DNA of 64,000 nt, taken from assembly GCA_024653945.1 (NCBI GenBank), contig JANLIT010000003.1:162936-226935 (forward strand), read 5' to 3'. This document shows positions 36,168-46,372 of this stretch, piece after piece (the first letter of the stretch is position 1; each line of letters starts with the position of its first letter). Origin of the DNA: Candidatus Campbellbacteria bacterium. GTDB lineage: Bacteria; Patescibacteriota; Minisyncoccia; Phycocordibacterales; EsbW-18. The notes beneath the pieces were generated by a model. It searched no databases and was not told the DNA's origin. It saw only the letters and a program-made list of their open reading frames with translations. The translations under genes and the position numbers were made by a program.

Positions 36168-37373
36168 CTATATTCCCGCAGAAATGTTGTAAATTGGGAC
36201 AAGAACGGCTGCTAAGAGTGTACCGACACCAAGACCGAGGAGCACAATCATGGCTGGTTCAATAAGGTCAACGAGTGTATCAACGGCATTTTTCACTTCT
36301 CGTTCATAGAAGTGCGCCAACGTTTTAAGAATTCCTGCCAATTCTCCTGTTTCTTCACCGATACGAATCATCTGCGTCATGATATTGGGGATAAGATCAT
36401 TTCCGGCGAGCGAATCTGCGACACTTGAACCTCCACGCACACTCTCAACCGCCTTTTTAAGCAAATCTTCATAGAGCATATTGCCCACAACCACGGAACT
36501 GATTTCAAGTCCCCGAACCATCGGAATACCGGACGAGAGCATGGTGTTCATGTTGTCTGCAATACGAGAAAGGTAGAGTTTGCGGTACAAAGAACCAAGA
36601 TACGGCAAGGAAATTTTTAATCGTGAAAAAGACATCTGTCCCGCACCTGTCGTCAGGTACTTCCAAAGCCACACACCACCAATTGCCAGCAGTATGACAA
36701 AGAAAATGCCGTAATTCACCAAAAATGAACTTATTGCAATAACCACCTTGGTATATGCAGGTATCTCTTGCCCACTATCCTCAAGAATTGAACCAAGTTT
36801 TGGAATAACGGTTGTAAACATCAACACCATCACGATAATAAAAACAGAAATAACAAATGCTGGATAAATGAGCGCATTTCGCGCCTTTGATGTTACTTCA
36901 TATGTACGGTCTAGATAATCGGCAAGATATAAAAATGTTTGGTCCAATTTTCCCGATTCTTCTCCAGCACGAACCATGTTGATATAAAAGAGTGAAAAGA
37001 TTTTTGGGTGTTTTTCCAACGCTTTTGAAATCGCACTTCCTCCCTGCAAATCATTTGAAATTTCAAGAAGCGCGTACTGCAACGCTGGTTTTTCTGTTTC
37101 TTCAGCAAGCAAACGAAATACGCGGAGCGCTGACACCTGCGCTTCAAAGAGTGTCGCAATCTGACGAGAAAGAATAACGAGGTCTTTGTTGGAAACACTA
37201 CTACCAAACGTAAATGTTTTTCCAAGACCTCTGTCGGCATTGACCGCCTTGATTGATGAAATAACCAAACCGCGCTCTTGCAAAGAACGAATCGCGATAC
37301 CATCATTAATCGCGTCTATTGTTCCGCTCTTTTCATTCCCCTCTGTATCAAGTGCTGTGTAAGAAAAAATCAT
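36168..37373 (-). CDS. pilC: Type IV pilus platform protein PilC (T2SSF)
   Basis: 'MVRAGEESGKL', 'ALIYP', 'IGEETGEL', 'LIEP'. Confidence 0.96.
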   Translation of the reverse strand: MIFSYTALDTEGNEKSGTIDAINDGIAIRSLQERGLVISSIKAVNADRGLGKTFTFGSSVSNKDLVILSRQIATLFEAQVSALRVFRLLAEETEKPALQYALLEISNDLQGGSAISKALEKHPKIFSLFYINMVRAGEESGKLDQTFLYLADYLDRTYEVTSKARNALIYPAFVISVFIIVMVLMFTTVIPKLGSILEDSGQEIPAYTKVVIAISSFLVNYGIFFVILLAIGGVWLWKYLTTGAGQMSFSRLKISLPYLGSLYRKLYLSRIADNMNTMLSSGIPMVRGLEISSVVVGNMLYEDLLKKAVESVRGGSSVADSLAGNDLIPNIMTQMIRIGEETGELAGILKTLAHFYEREVKNAVDTLVDLIEPAMIVLLGLGVGTLLAAVLVPIYNISAGI

Positions 37374-37451
37374 ACTAGATATTATCCGCCAATTTTAAGA
37401 AGTGCGAGTAGTACAACAAGTCCGATACCAATATACAGAATAACTTTCATA

Positions 37452-38525
37452 TTAAATAAGCCGTTCCAGCACCGCGGGATTGAGGGAGTGAATGCGAGCT
37501 GTCTCAACAGTAATATCTCCACGGCGAACGAGCTCTGCGAGAGAACGATTCATATCTATCATGCCGTATTCAGAACCTGTTTCAATAACGGTGTCTATTT
37601 CGTGCGTGCGGGCCTCGCGAATCAGGTTTGCCGTTGCTTTCGTGTTAATGAGCAATTCGTATGCAGGAACAAGACCACCAGACACGCGCTGAACCAAACG
37701 CTGAGAAAAGATTCCAATCAATGAACCTGCAAGTTGAAGACGCACTTGGTCTTGTTGTTCAGGAGCAAATGAGTCAATAATACGGTCAATTGTTTGTGAT
37801 GCACTGTTGGTGTGTAGTGTTGAGAGCACGAGGTGTCCTGTTTCGGCGGCCGTTACGGCGGTTGCGATGGTTTCTTGTCCACGCATTTCTCCTACCATGG
37901 CAACATCAACATCCTGACGAAACATTTGACGAAGTGCGATATGAAAATCTTCAGTATCAATGTGAATCTCACGCTGATTAATCATTGATTTCTTCGGTTC
38001 AAAAATATATTCAATAGGGTCTTCAATCGTTACAATGTGGTCAGCTCGCTCAGAGTTAATCACATCAATCATTGCGGCAAGTGTTGTTGATTTTCCGTGG
38101 CCAACAGGACCCACCACAAGGAAAAATCCTTGTTCACGTCGTGCAAAGTCCGCCAAAATAGATGGCAGTGCAAGTTCTTCGATGGTGCGAATCTTTTTAG
38201 GAATAAAACGCAACACAATATCAATTGTTCCTCGAGAGTATGAGCAGTTTCCACGAAAACGCGCTTCCCCATCTTTAAAACTGTATGAAAAATCTATTTC
38301 TTTGTTGCGTAGAAAAATATCGCGGTTCTCTGGTGTGACAAGTACACCCATAAGACCTTCCGTGTCTTCGGGTGTAAGAACATCTTTCTTCACCAATGGA
38401 ATGAGTGTGCCAGAAACGCGAATGGTTGGATTGTACCCGGGGGAAAGGTGCAAATCAGAGGCACCTTCTTTAACGGTGATGTCGAGTAAATCAAAGAGTT
38501 CTTGTGCGTAGTCGTGTGATGACAT
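37452..38525 (-). CDS. pilT: Pilus retraction ATPase PilT
   Basis: ASDLHL, GPVGHGKSTTLA, TIEDPIE, AAETGHLVLSTLHTNS. Confidence 0.95.
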   Translation of the reverse strand: MSSHDYAQELFDLLDITVKEGASDLHLSPGYNPTIRVSGTLIPLVKKDVLTPEDTEGLMGVLVTPENRDIFLRNKEIDFSYSFKDGEARFRGNCSYSRGTIDIVLRFIPKKIRTIEELALPSILADFARREQGFFLVVGPVGHGKSTTLAAMIDVINSERADHIVTIEDPIEYIFEPKKSMINQREIHIDTEDFHIALRQMFRQDVDVAMVGEMRGQETIATAVTAAETGHLVLSTLHTNSASQTIDRIIDSFAPEQQDQVRLQLAGSLIGIFSQRLVQRVSGGLVPAYELLINTKATANLIREARTHEIDTVIETGSEYGMIDMNRSLAELVRRGDITVETARIHSLNPAVLERLI

Positions 38526-38537
38526 ATGTGCGTATTA

Positions 38538-40334
38538 TTATACCACGGGTGTGTCCTGTTCTTTTACATTCTCAACAGAGAATGTTTCATCTGCTGTATC
38601 GTAGAGTCCTCCAAGGGTATTTACCTCTTCGAAAGGAACTTCTTTGCGCATGCTCTTCATAAGTGCATCTTCGCGCATAGTAATCATACCGTGCGCACGT
38701 GCGGCTGTGAATAGTTTTGGTTCAACAGGATCGGTGAGAATAATGTGTTCAAGCTCTTTGGTCATTTCAGCAACCTCAAATACTGCCACGCGTCCACGAG
38801 TTCCATTTGGACAATCGTCTGTTGGCTCTAAACCATACAAATCAGTTGATGTGGGTATTTCGGAACGATACTCCTTTGGTAAATCAGCAAATTGTCTGTC
38901 AAACATCGCCTGCAAACCACCTTCCATGGGCATTTTCTTTCCTGTGTCTGGGCACAATTTACGCACAAGACGTTGTGCCATAGTTAAAATAAGTGTTGGA
39001 CCGATCAAAAACGGGTCAACACCCATATCAATAAGACGTGGAATAGCTCCGATGGCATTGTTTGTGTGAATCGTAGAAAAAACGAGGTGGCCAGTGAGTG
39101 CGGCTTGAATGGCAAGCTGTGCAGTTTCCTTATCTCGAATTTCTCCCACCATGATGATATCTGGGTCCTGGCGGAGTGTTGTGCGAAGTCCTGACGCAAA
39201 CGTGTATCCGATTTCCGGACGTACTTGGGACTGGTTCATGCCCGCGATGCTGTACTCAACTGGATCTTCCAGCGAGAGCACGTTTTGTGTTTCCCTGTCC
39301 ACTTCTTGCAACATTGAATACAGTGTCGTTGTTTTTCCTGAACCCGTTGGACCAGAAATAAGAATGAGACCGTACGGGCGCGTGATTGCGTTACGAATTA
39401 TTTTAAGATTTCGTTCAGAAAAACCGATTTGTGAAAGTGGCAACACGCCTTTTTCTGAGTCAAGAATACGCAACACCACTTTTTCTCCGTAGTATGCGGG
39501 AAATGTTGAGACACGAAAATCTATTTTCCGACCACTGATTCGTGCCGAAAATCGGTTATCTTGCGGTTTGCGCCTCTCATCAAGCTTCATGTTACAAAGA
39601 ATCTTGATACGAGCGACGATAGCACTGTGCACACTCAAAGGTAAAACAAGGTTTGTTGAGAGCGCGCCATCAACACGAAAACGAACTCTGACATTTTCTG
39701 CCGTGGGTTCAATGTGGATGTCTGATGCGTCTCCTTCAATGGCATGTTTCAAAATGGTTGCTACAATTTTTGTTACCGGCGCATCTTCTACCAACGCCGT
39801 TTCTGAACCATCTTTGCCTTTTTTTCCTGCCTCTTGTAGTTTGCGGGACAATTCTTCTTCTTCATCAGAAAGCTCCGTTTCCAAATCAGTGAGTGCCTTT
39901 GTCACCTCTCCCGTCAAGCCTTCGTAGTTCTTGAGAATACCTTCAAAGTCGGATTGCGATATGAGAAAAAGCTTGAACGGCATATCTATCTTTGATGCAA
40001 TAAACTGCAATGCGTCGCGTGCTTCCGTATTGTCAGGGTCAACAATACCAACTTCTAGTGCCCCATCTGTAACGGAAAGTGGTGCAATTTGATAGTGCTG
40101 TGCGGACTCTTCTGGAATGTACTTTAAAATCTCAAATGAAATGGGTGCGGTAATTGCTTTTGTAGGAAGGCCAAAATGCACCCCTTTTGCCAAGAGAACT
40201 TCTTCAGGCAAAACGCCATGGGCACGAACAACGTCCTCTATACTTTTGCCTGTTGTTTGCGCCTCTTTCTCAAACGCACTCACAGACAACTCATCAATAA
40301 CACCTTTTTGTGCAAGTTCGTTTAAAAAAGACAT
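38538..40334 (-). CDS. pilB: Pilus assembly ATPase PilB/GspE
   Basis: ASDIHIEP, GPTGSGKTTTLY, LRQDPDIIMVGEIRD, AALTGH. Confidence 0.96.
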   Translation of the reverse strand: MSFLNELAQKGVIDELSVSAFEKEAQTTGKSIEDVVRAHGVLPEEVLLAKGVHFGLPTKAITAPISFEILKYIPEESAQHYQIAPLSVTDGALEVGIVDPDNTEARDALQFIASKIDMPFKLFLISQSDFEGILKNYEGLTGEVTKALTDLETELSDEEEELSRKLQEAGKKGKDGSETALVEDAPVTKIVATILKHAIEGDASDIHIEPTAENVRVRFRVDGALSTNLVLPLSVHSAIVARIKILCNMKLDERRKPQDNRFSARISGRKIDFRVSTFPAYYGEKVVLRILDSEKGVLPLSQIGFSERNLKIIRNAITRPYGLILISGPTGSGKTTTLYSMLQEVDRETQNVLSLEDPVEYSIAGMNQSQVRPEIGYTFASGLRTTLRQDPDIIMVGEIRDKETAQLAIQAALTGHLVFSTIHTNNAIGAIPRLIDMGVDPFLIGPTLILTMAQRLVRKLCPDTGKKMPMEGGLQAMFDRQFADLPKEYRSEIPTSTDLYGLEPTDDCPNGTRGRVAVFEVAEMTKELEHIILTDPVEPKLFTAARAHGMITMREDALMKSMRKEVPFEEVNTLGGLYDTADETFSVENVKEQDTPVV

Positions 40335-40359
40335 GTGGTATACCGCGTGTGCGGAAACA

Positions 40360-40743
40360 TTACAGACCCGTGCTCTCTACACTGGACGTTCCCTGTTGAG
40401 TAGGTTGAGTGGTAGTGCGCTCTACCCCATCCGAGCCAATAGGAGCAAATGGATTTGGTCTTTGTCGTGGCTCCAGTGTGAGGCTAACTGAAAAATCCGT
40501 GAGGGAAAGGAATAATTGGTCAGAGAAGAAGGCTCCGTCAAGGTCGATGGTCTTGAGTTGAGAAAGTAATAACAACAGTTCGTTGTCAGCACTTGGAACG
40601 GTTGATGTATTGCTAGATGTCAGAGTCGCCTCTGGTGCTTTTTTGAAAAACATAGAGTACAACACAAAAAGTATGAGAATACCGAGGACCACACCAATGA
40701 TTTTTTTATATTTTTGAAACATATCAGTAATTAGCGAAGCCAA
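40360..40743 (-). CDS. Membrane-anchored pilus-locus protein (PilP position)
   Basis: One TM, C-terminal 'RPNPFAP', located between pilO and pilB. Confidence 0.65.
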   Translation of the reverse strand: MASLITDMFQKYKKIIGVVLGILILFVLYSMFFKKAPEATLTSSNTSTVPSADNELLLLLSQLKTIDLDGAFFSDQLFLSLTDFSVSLTLEPRQRPNPFAPIGSDGVERTTTQPTQQGTSSVESTGL

Positions 40744-41279
40744 TACGTTTTTGCACGAATTGCATATGTCGTCATTCCAGTGATAGGATTTTCTTCCCCG
40801 AGCGTAACGGAGTCCACATCAATCAAACGGAGGCTGTTTTCAAGGTCTCCAAGAAATGACTTAAATCGATCGTATGATGTCGTTATGTTAAAAGAGACCA
40901 GAATGGTGCCGTACGGTTTTTCTTGTGGTCCTATAGTGGTTTTTTTTGAACTTGTGTCCGCAGCACCATCAACAACAATGTTGAGAACAGTCAAATCGTG
41001 CCGGCGGGCAATGCCGTTGATATCAATAATAAGACGGACGGTATCAATAGTATTAGGAAGAAGTGTGTCAAGACGATGTAGGTCGTTTTGTGAAAACGAA
41101 TTGAATTTCTCTTTGAGAGAATCGCGGAGTACAGCCAAATCGCTTGCCTTTTGAAGAGCATCGTCAAAACGAGCTATTTCCAAGCGCACGTCTTTGGTTT
41201 TTTCATACCTGCCATTTGTAAAACCAAAAAAGATGGCCAGAGAAAGAATTATGAAAATGATACTTGAAATAAAACGCAT
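40731..41279 (-). CDS. pilO: PilO-like protein
   Basis: N-terminal TM, coiled coil, 'LLP', 'Y..F..FL..LENSLRLIDV'. Confidence 0.82.
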   Translation of the reverse strand: MRFISSIIFIILSLAIFFGFTNGRYEKTKDVRLEIARFDDALQKASDLAVLRDSLKEKFNSFSQNDLHRLDTLLPNTIDTVRLIIDINGIARRHDLTVLNIVVDGAADTSSKKTTIGPQEKPYGTILVSFNITTSYDRFKSFLGDLENSLRLIDVDSVTLGEENPITGMTTYAIRAKTYWLR

Positions 41280-41285
41280 ATATAT

Positions 41286-41981
41286 TTATCCACCAATAAC
41301 TGTTGTGGCATCTTGTGATATTGTTGTTCCGCTTGCGGGTGTATCACTATCCACCGCCGTACTCACTGTGTCTGGCACCACCTCAACGCTCACCGCCCCA
41401 ATCCCACGCTCTTTCCGCTCAGTAAAGGAAACAACTGATGGATTCACAATCGCCGTTACTGAAAAATTAACATTTCCTCGCTCATTCAACTGAAACGAGG
41501 AGAAAACTGCTTCACTCAAAGCGCTACTTTTTCCAAATTCATCCGATTGCAGAGCAACTGATGTAAATGATTGACCCTCACCTTTAAGTGTAACCTGTAT
41601 ACCCTCGTCGCCTTGAGAATATACCAAGTTGGTAAAGCGAACTGTTTTAAGAGTTAGGTCTTGCAACAATTCAAAAATACCCGTTACCGATACGTGGCCT
41701 TTCAAAAGTTGCTGTGACGTCGCCAACTTACGGTCCAAACGCGCCATGTCACGAATAAGCTCTGGTGCAAATGCCTCTCGTTGTTGTTGGAGATCTTCTT
41801 TTTTGCTCGCAAGGGAGCTGGTAAGATACTTTTCATAGAGCAACACCCCACCAACAGATGCAAGAGAAATCACCAACAATACAATACTAATGGTAAGAAA
41901 GATGCCCACCATCGAAACGTGGTTACTTTTTTGTTCCACCACCTTCTTTGGAATAAATGATGTTTGAAATTGCTCAGCCAT
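41286..41981 (-). CDS. pilN: PilN-like protein
   Basis: Start MAEQFQTSFIPKK, TM, coiled coil, 'L.G...SF..VA.Q'; position between pilM and pilO. Confidence 0.75.
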   Translation of the reverse strand: MAEQFQTSFIPKKVVEQKSNHVSMVGIFLTISIVLLVISLASVGGVLLYEKYLTSSLASKKEDLQQQREAFAPELIRDMARLDRKLATSQQLLKGHVSVTGIFELLQDLTLKTVRFTNLVYSQGDEGIQVTLKGEGQSFTSVALQSDEFGKSSALSEAVFSSFQLNERGNVNFSVTAIVNPSVVSFTERKERGIGAVSVEVVPDTVSTAVDSDTPASGTTISQDATTVIGG

Positions 41982-42200
41982 AAATAGTGGATGTTGGAGG
42001 TTAGAGGTGAGAGGTTGGTGGTTGGTTTGGAAGATTTTGAAAATACAGACACACCACAAGCATAGTATAAACCACAGAACCGCTTCAAACGACAACCACT
42101 GTGTATAAAGTGTGTTCCACACTTTGCTAGCTCCTCGGCTCGGAAATGAAAATATATGTATTTTCACTTCTCTCGCTCTTCGTCGCTAGTAAACCCTTAT

Positions 42201-43328
42201 TTAGCCCTGCTCTTCAAGTCGCCGTAGAGCCACACCAACTGCCACATCGAATTCGGGACCAACTTGTCGCAACACATCTGCAAGAAATGCAGGGGCTTCA
42301 ACTTTTCTGAATGGATTAGACACAGTAATATCCGCTTGAAATGTTTCGTGCGCCCGCTCGTTCATTCCAGGAATGACCACACCACCACCCGTGAGAATTA
42401 CTCGTCCAATATTACGTGCGTGTTTACGTTGATACGACAACATAATGTGTTGGGCTTCAGCAAAAATAGAATCTACAACAAGAGACACGATCTGACCAAC
42501 GTCGGGGTTGGGCCCGTCTTTAAGAACTCCATAGGTGCGCTTCATTTCATCAGCCTGTCGTTCAGGAATACCCAAACCTTTTGTAAGAGCGAGAGTTATT
42601 TCTTGAGAGCCACGACTAATCACATGGGACTCGCGTAAGACTTTCCTGTCCACAATGTAGATTTTTGTTGTTCCAGCACCGAGACCGACAATCATTGTTG
42701 GAGCAAGTTCTTCTTCAAGAGCTGCTCGAATAGTGCTGAACACTTCAATCTCAAAAAAGCTTGCGTTCAAATTCGCTTTTTGTACAACCGTGTTGTACTT
42801 GGAAATAGTTTCTTTGTGAATTGCGACGGTCAGTATCTCAACCTTTTTTTGCTTCGTTTCATCCACTTTCTGCTCTGTTCTATCTTGGGATTCAACTTTT
42901 GGAACAATGCGCCAGTCCACCATCACCTCGTTGATGCTCACGGGAACATATTTTCGTAATTCAATAGGAACCATTTCTCTAAGTTTTGCTTCGCCAACAT
43001 CGGGCATTTCAATAATATTAATAAGACTTGCAGAGAGTGGGATAGCAACACCACACATGTTTGTGCTTACTTTTGCCTCCTTCATCAGATCTGCAACGGC
43101 CTCACCAAGTTTCTCAGCCGAGAGACTGGTCGCTTTTCCTGTTTCAATACCCGCATACGAACCGAGGGCAAGCTCGCCATATGTTTCAAGGACCGCACGT
43201 CCGTGCTTTCTCCCAAGTTGAACTACCTTGATGGTTGAAGAGCTCACATCAAGTCCCAGCACGCTTCCCCCTTTTGGCTTAAAGAGGTCGCCAGTAATGT
43301 TTTTAAGTGTGTCTGAAAAAGAGGACAT
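42201..43328 (-). CDS. pilM: Type IV pilus assembly protein PilM
   Basis: 'LGLDVSSSTIKVVQL', 'ILTGGG', 'NPF', 'VAVGVALR'. Confidence 0.95.
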   Translation of the reverse strand: MSSFSDTLKNITGDLFKPKGGSVLGLDVSSSTIKVVQLGRKHGRAVLETYGELALGSYAGIETGKATSLSAEKLGEAVADLMKEAKVSTNMCGVAIPLSASLINIIEMPDVGEAKLREMVPIELRKYVPVSINEVMVDWRIVPKVESQDRTEQKVDETKQKKVEILTVAIHKETISKYNTVVQKANLNASFFEIEVFSTIRAALEEELAPTMIVGLGAGTTKIYIVDRKVLRESHVISRGSQEITLALTKGLGIPERQADEMKRTYGVLKDGPNPDVGQIVSLVVDSIFAEAQHIMLSYQRKHARNIGRVILTGGGVVIPGMNERAHETFQADITVSNPFRKVEAPAFLADVLRQVGPEFDVAVGVALRRLEEQG

Positions 43329-43369
43329 TTTATCCGTTCATTATGACTGTAGTATAGCATTCCTCACAT

Positions 43370-44050
43370 ATGAAAAACACACTCGTATCAGTATTGGAAA
43401 AATTCCTGCGTCTATGTGCCAATGTGCTCTTCTCTCATGACCCATTTTCCAAAATACTCACTCACGCAACACTTGAGACATTTACTGCGTATGCCCGTCC
43501 ATATACAGAAAAATACCCGCTACCTCTTCCCCATGTGTATGTGTTGTACTTTTACCGAGATCCATTTGTACAAAATGCCATTCACGCAGCAAAGTACCGA
43601 AATCGAAAAGATCTGTGCATTCTTTTTGGGGAGCTTCTTTGGCACACGTTTGGAGAAGAGCTCTCTCACCAAAGTATCATGCTTGGAACACCGTGGGTTG
43701 TTGTGCCAATACCACTATCCAAACAACATCGACGAGTCCGTGGCTACAACCAAACAGAAAAAATTGCGGAGGGATTTTTAAAATATACTGATGCTTCTGC
43801 GTTTACACTTTTAAATGAAGCATTGTGTATGGCGTCGGCGCACAAAAAACAAACACACGCCATCAGAAAAAGTGAGCGAATACACAATATTGTTGACTCC
43901 TTTACTCTACCTGACAGCAATCTTGTGCGAGGAAAAAATATTCTTCTTATTGATGATGTGCTAACTACAGGCGCGACATTACAAGAAGCCTCCCGCACGC
44001 TTCGTGCGGGAGGCGCCCGTCATATTTACTGTCTTGTGATTGCTCACTAG
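43370..44050 (+). CDS. comF: ComF family phosphoribosyltransferase-like competence protein
   Basis: 'VPIPL...R..RGYNQ', 'LLIDDVLTTGATL'. Confidence 0.9.
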   Translation: MKNTLVSVLEKFLRLCANVLFSHDPFSKILTHATLETFTAYARPYTEKYPLPLPHVYVLYFYRDPFVQNAIHAAKYRNRKDLCILFGELLWHTFGEELSHQSIMLGTPWVVVPIPLSKQHRRVRGYNQTEKIAEGFLKYTDASAFTLLNEALCMASAHKKQTHAIRKSERIHNIVDSFTLPDSNLVRGKNILLIDDVLTTGATLQEASRTLRAGGARHIYCLVIAH

Positions 44051-44469
44051 CGCCAGAGTGTCAGAATCACACCCGATGTAATGAGAGCAAGGAGCAAGTA
44101 CCCAACATTAATGAAGTAGTATTCCCAAGATTTTTTCTCCCAGAGCACCATACCAAGCATACTTGGCACAACAAATCCAATCCACATCCAGAGGGCCGTT
44201 GAAATACCGTCTCCAATACCGTACGCGCCCATGTAGAAAAGTGTTCGGGCCAACACGCCAACCATCACCACGAGGCTCACGAAGTACAGCACCATTGATT
44301 TTGTCATTTTTTTCTTGTCGCCTGACATTTGTTGGTGCGATTCTTCAGAAACATTATTTAACGTGCGCCAACGACGACCAAAAATAAAATCGCTATACCA
44401 CAACCACCCCAAAAGAAACGACGCAACACTTGCTGCAAAAATCGCCGTAAAATTTATGTAGATGTACAT
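44047..44469 (-). CDS. DUF1761 family membrane protein
   Basis: 'LGWLWYS..FG..W', 'WIGF', 'IN.GY'. Confidence 0.85.
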   Translation of the reverse strand: MYIYINFTAIFAASVASFLLGWLWYSDFIFGRRWRTLNNVSEESHQQMSGDKKKMTKSMVLYFVSLVVMVGVLARTLFYMGAYGIGDGISTALWMWIGFVVPSMLGMVLWEKKSWEYYFINVGYLLLALITSGVILTLWR

Positions 44470-44509
44470 ACAAAATAATGGCTAATTACTAATATCCAAT
44501 ATCAATTGA

Positions 44510-44956
44510 CTATTTAGGTTCTAAATCTAAACACACAGAATTAATACAATACCGCTTTGTTGCTGGCGTACCATCATTGCGAAGAATTGCCTGCCCCGAG
44601 CCTGATTCAGTAGAATCACCTACTGGGCTAGCCGAGGGGTCGTCAAAAACATGTCCGAGGTGTCCTCCGCACTTTGCACACACAACCTCTGTTCGATGCA
44701 TCGGGTCATCCTCATCTTTTTGTAACTTGGTTGCACCTGGGAGCGCTTGGTCAAATGATGGCCACCCTGTTTTTGAGTCAAATTTTGTTTCCGAAGAAAA
44801 GAGCTCGGCCCCACACGACACACAGCGATACACACCTTTTTCATTTGTATGAACATACGCACCTGAAAAAGGTGCCTCTGTTCCTTTTTCCCACAGAACA
44901 TGCCGTTGTTCTGGGGTCAATGCACCTCGCCAACCTTGTGTGCGTTGTTCTGACAT
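44510..44956 (-). CDS. msrB: Peptide-methionine (R)-S-oxide reductase
   Basis: 'KGTEAPFSG', 'KFDS.TGWPSF', 'GHLGHVF', 'RYCINS'. Confidence 0.95.
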   Translation of the reverse strand: MSEQRTQGWRGALTPEQRHVLWEKGTEAPFSGAYVHTNEKGVYRCVSCGAELFSSETKFDSKTGWPSFDQALPGATKLQKDEDDPMHRTEVVCAKCGGHLGHVFDDPSASPVGDSTESGSGQAILRNDGTPATKRYCINSVCLDLEPK

Positions 44957-44968
44957 ATGTACGTATTG

Positions 44969-45457
44969 TTATTCTTGTGGAGGAACTGGGGAGAAAACAA
45001 TATCCATGGGAATGGTGAAGGCGGCATCATCAACCTTCCATGGCTGACAATCAAACGTATAGTCCTTACCAAGCTCGCCTGTTTGTGGAGTATTCTTTTG
45101 TGCCTCTTTCTTAAGCTCACTCAAATCCGTGCGAATACCAATAGGCGCAAGGCTTGTCCATGCATAGAAAAACTCTCCGTCACTTAGGGCCTGCGCGGCA
45201 AGGGTTATAGAACCCGACGAACTTATAGTTTCACTTTTGAATTTTTTTCCAGAAATAAAGATGTTTCCTTGTGCGTTTAAGTCACTTGTCTTCTGCTCCC
45301 ATGTACATTTCCATTTTCCTCCACGATCAAAGAGGTCAAACATTGTTCCAGAAAACGGACCCGCCTGTCCTCTCGCAAAAAACTTCACACCACCAATAAT
45401 GATGACGAGAACAATAATACCAATAATGATTTTTGTTTTTTTTGATAGCGATGACAT
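44969..45457 (-). CDS. Membrane-anchored hypothetical protein (two-Cys family)
   Basis: N-terminal TM; 'KC' near the start and 'C..W..D...FT.P....F' at the end; paralogous to 45605-46123. Confidence 0.7.
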   Translation of the reverse strand: MSSLSKKTKIIIGIIVLVIIIGGVKFFARGQAGPFSGTMFDLFDRGGKWKCTWEQKTSDLNAQGNIFISGKKFKSETISSSGSITLAAQALSDGEFFYAWTSLAPIGIRTDLSELKKEAQKNTPQTGELGKDYTFDCQPWKVDDAAFTIPMDIVFSPVPPQE

Positions 45458-45532
45458 ATTTAATACAATTAACAAATAATATATTTTCTTATCAACTCTA
45501 TTCTAGCAAACACGCGCTTGTAATGTAAGAAC

Positions 45533-45563
45533 AAACAAACACTCCACAATGGAGTGTTTGTTT
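45533..45563 (-). terminator. Terminator hairpin
   Basis: AAACAAACACTCCA-CAA-TGGAGTGTTTGTTT. Confidence 0.7.
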
Positions 45564-45604
45564 CATATAAACGAACCGCGTATTTAACGCAAACCGCCGT
45601 GTGC

Positions 45605-46123
45605 TTAAAACTCACCACCCATTACAGATAAGTCCGTAAACGTGACGCTGGATGGAGGAGTAAAGACACCATCATTCCCCGACCATCTATCACAATCCAT
45701 TTGAAGATTTGCTCCAAAATCAACTTGTGAGTTGGGGTTTATGCCGGCCGATGGATCTGCGGCATCTTTCGCTACAGGTATCTTTATACCTTGATTTGTT
45801 CCGTCATTTGACCACATGTACTGAAAATTTTCATCAATGAGTATGTTTGTTTTTGTTTCCTGACCGCCAACGGTGGATGTGTTCTCCATGTACATTTTCT
45901 TTCCATCGTAGTACACAGTACTTGTTTGGTCGAATCCATCTCCCGCCATAGTGTACTGACACTTTGCCGGCTTTCCTCGAGACATCAATTCACTTAAGGA
46001 CGACACAGAATCTGAAGTATCACCAAGAGGTCCCCCACCAATGGGTGATTTTCCTCGAGAAAGCATAAAACCTCCAATAAGAACTACAACAACTACGATT
46101 CCGATAATAACTTTTTTATTCAT
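45605..46123 (-). CDS. Membrane-anchored hypothetical protein (two-Cys family)
   Basis: Same motif pattern as 44969-45457 (KC; Y.W; G.K; DC..W..ND..FTPP..V.F). Confidence 0.72.
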   Translation of the reverse strand: MNKKVIIGIVVVVVLIGGFMLSRGKSPIGGGPLGDTSDSVSSLSELMSRGKPAKCQYTMAGDGFDQTSTVYYDGKKMYMENTSTVGGQETKTNILIDENFQYMWSNDGTNQGIKIPVAKDAADPSAGINPNSQVDFGANLQMDCDRWSGNDGVFTPPSSVTFTDLSVMGGEF

Positions 46124-46220
46124 ACAGTTTTATGATTAGTAATTACTTTTTAATGCCCTTTTTAATATAGAAAGCATAGCGACTAATAATGGCGTAAGTA
46201 TACACCTTTATTAGAAACAA

Positions 46221-46249
46221 TTGAAAAGTGGCTTCTTTTCAGGCATTAT
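46221..46249 (+). promoter_or_regulatory. Promoter of the tRNA-Ser unit
   Basis: TTGAAA-17 bp-CATTAT, 9 nt before the duplicated tRNA 5' end. Confidence 0.55.
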
Positions 46250-46257
46250 GTGCGGTA

Positions 46258-46276
46258 TGGAGAGGTGGCAGAGCGG
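46258..46276 (+). repeat. Exact 19-bp copy of the tRNA-Ser 5' end
   Basis: TGGAGAGGTGGCAGAGCGG is identical to 46372-46390. Confidence 0.95.
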
Positions 46277-46372
46277 ATTGAAGGTGTATAGACACCTTTA
46301 ATCTGAACCCGATGAAATCGGGTGAAGTGGACGAACTTGTTCGAACGCTCTACCATATTTCCCGAAACACCT

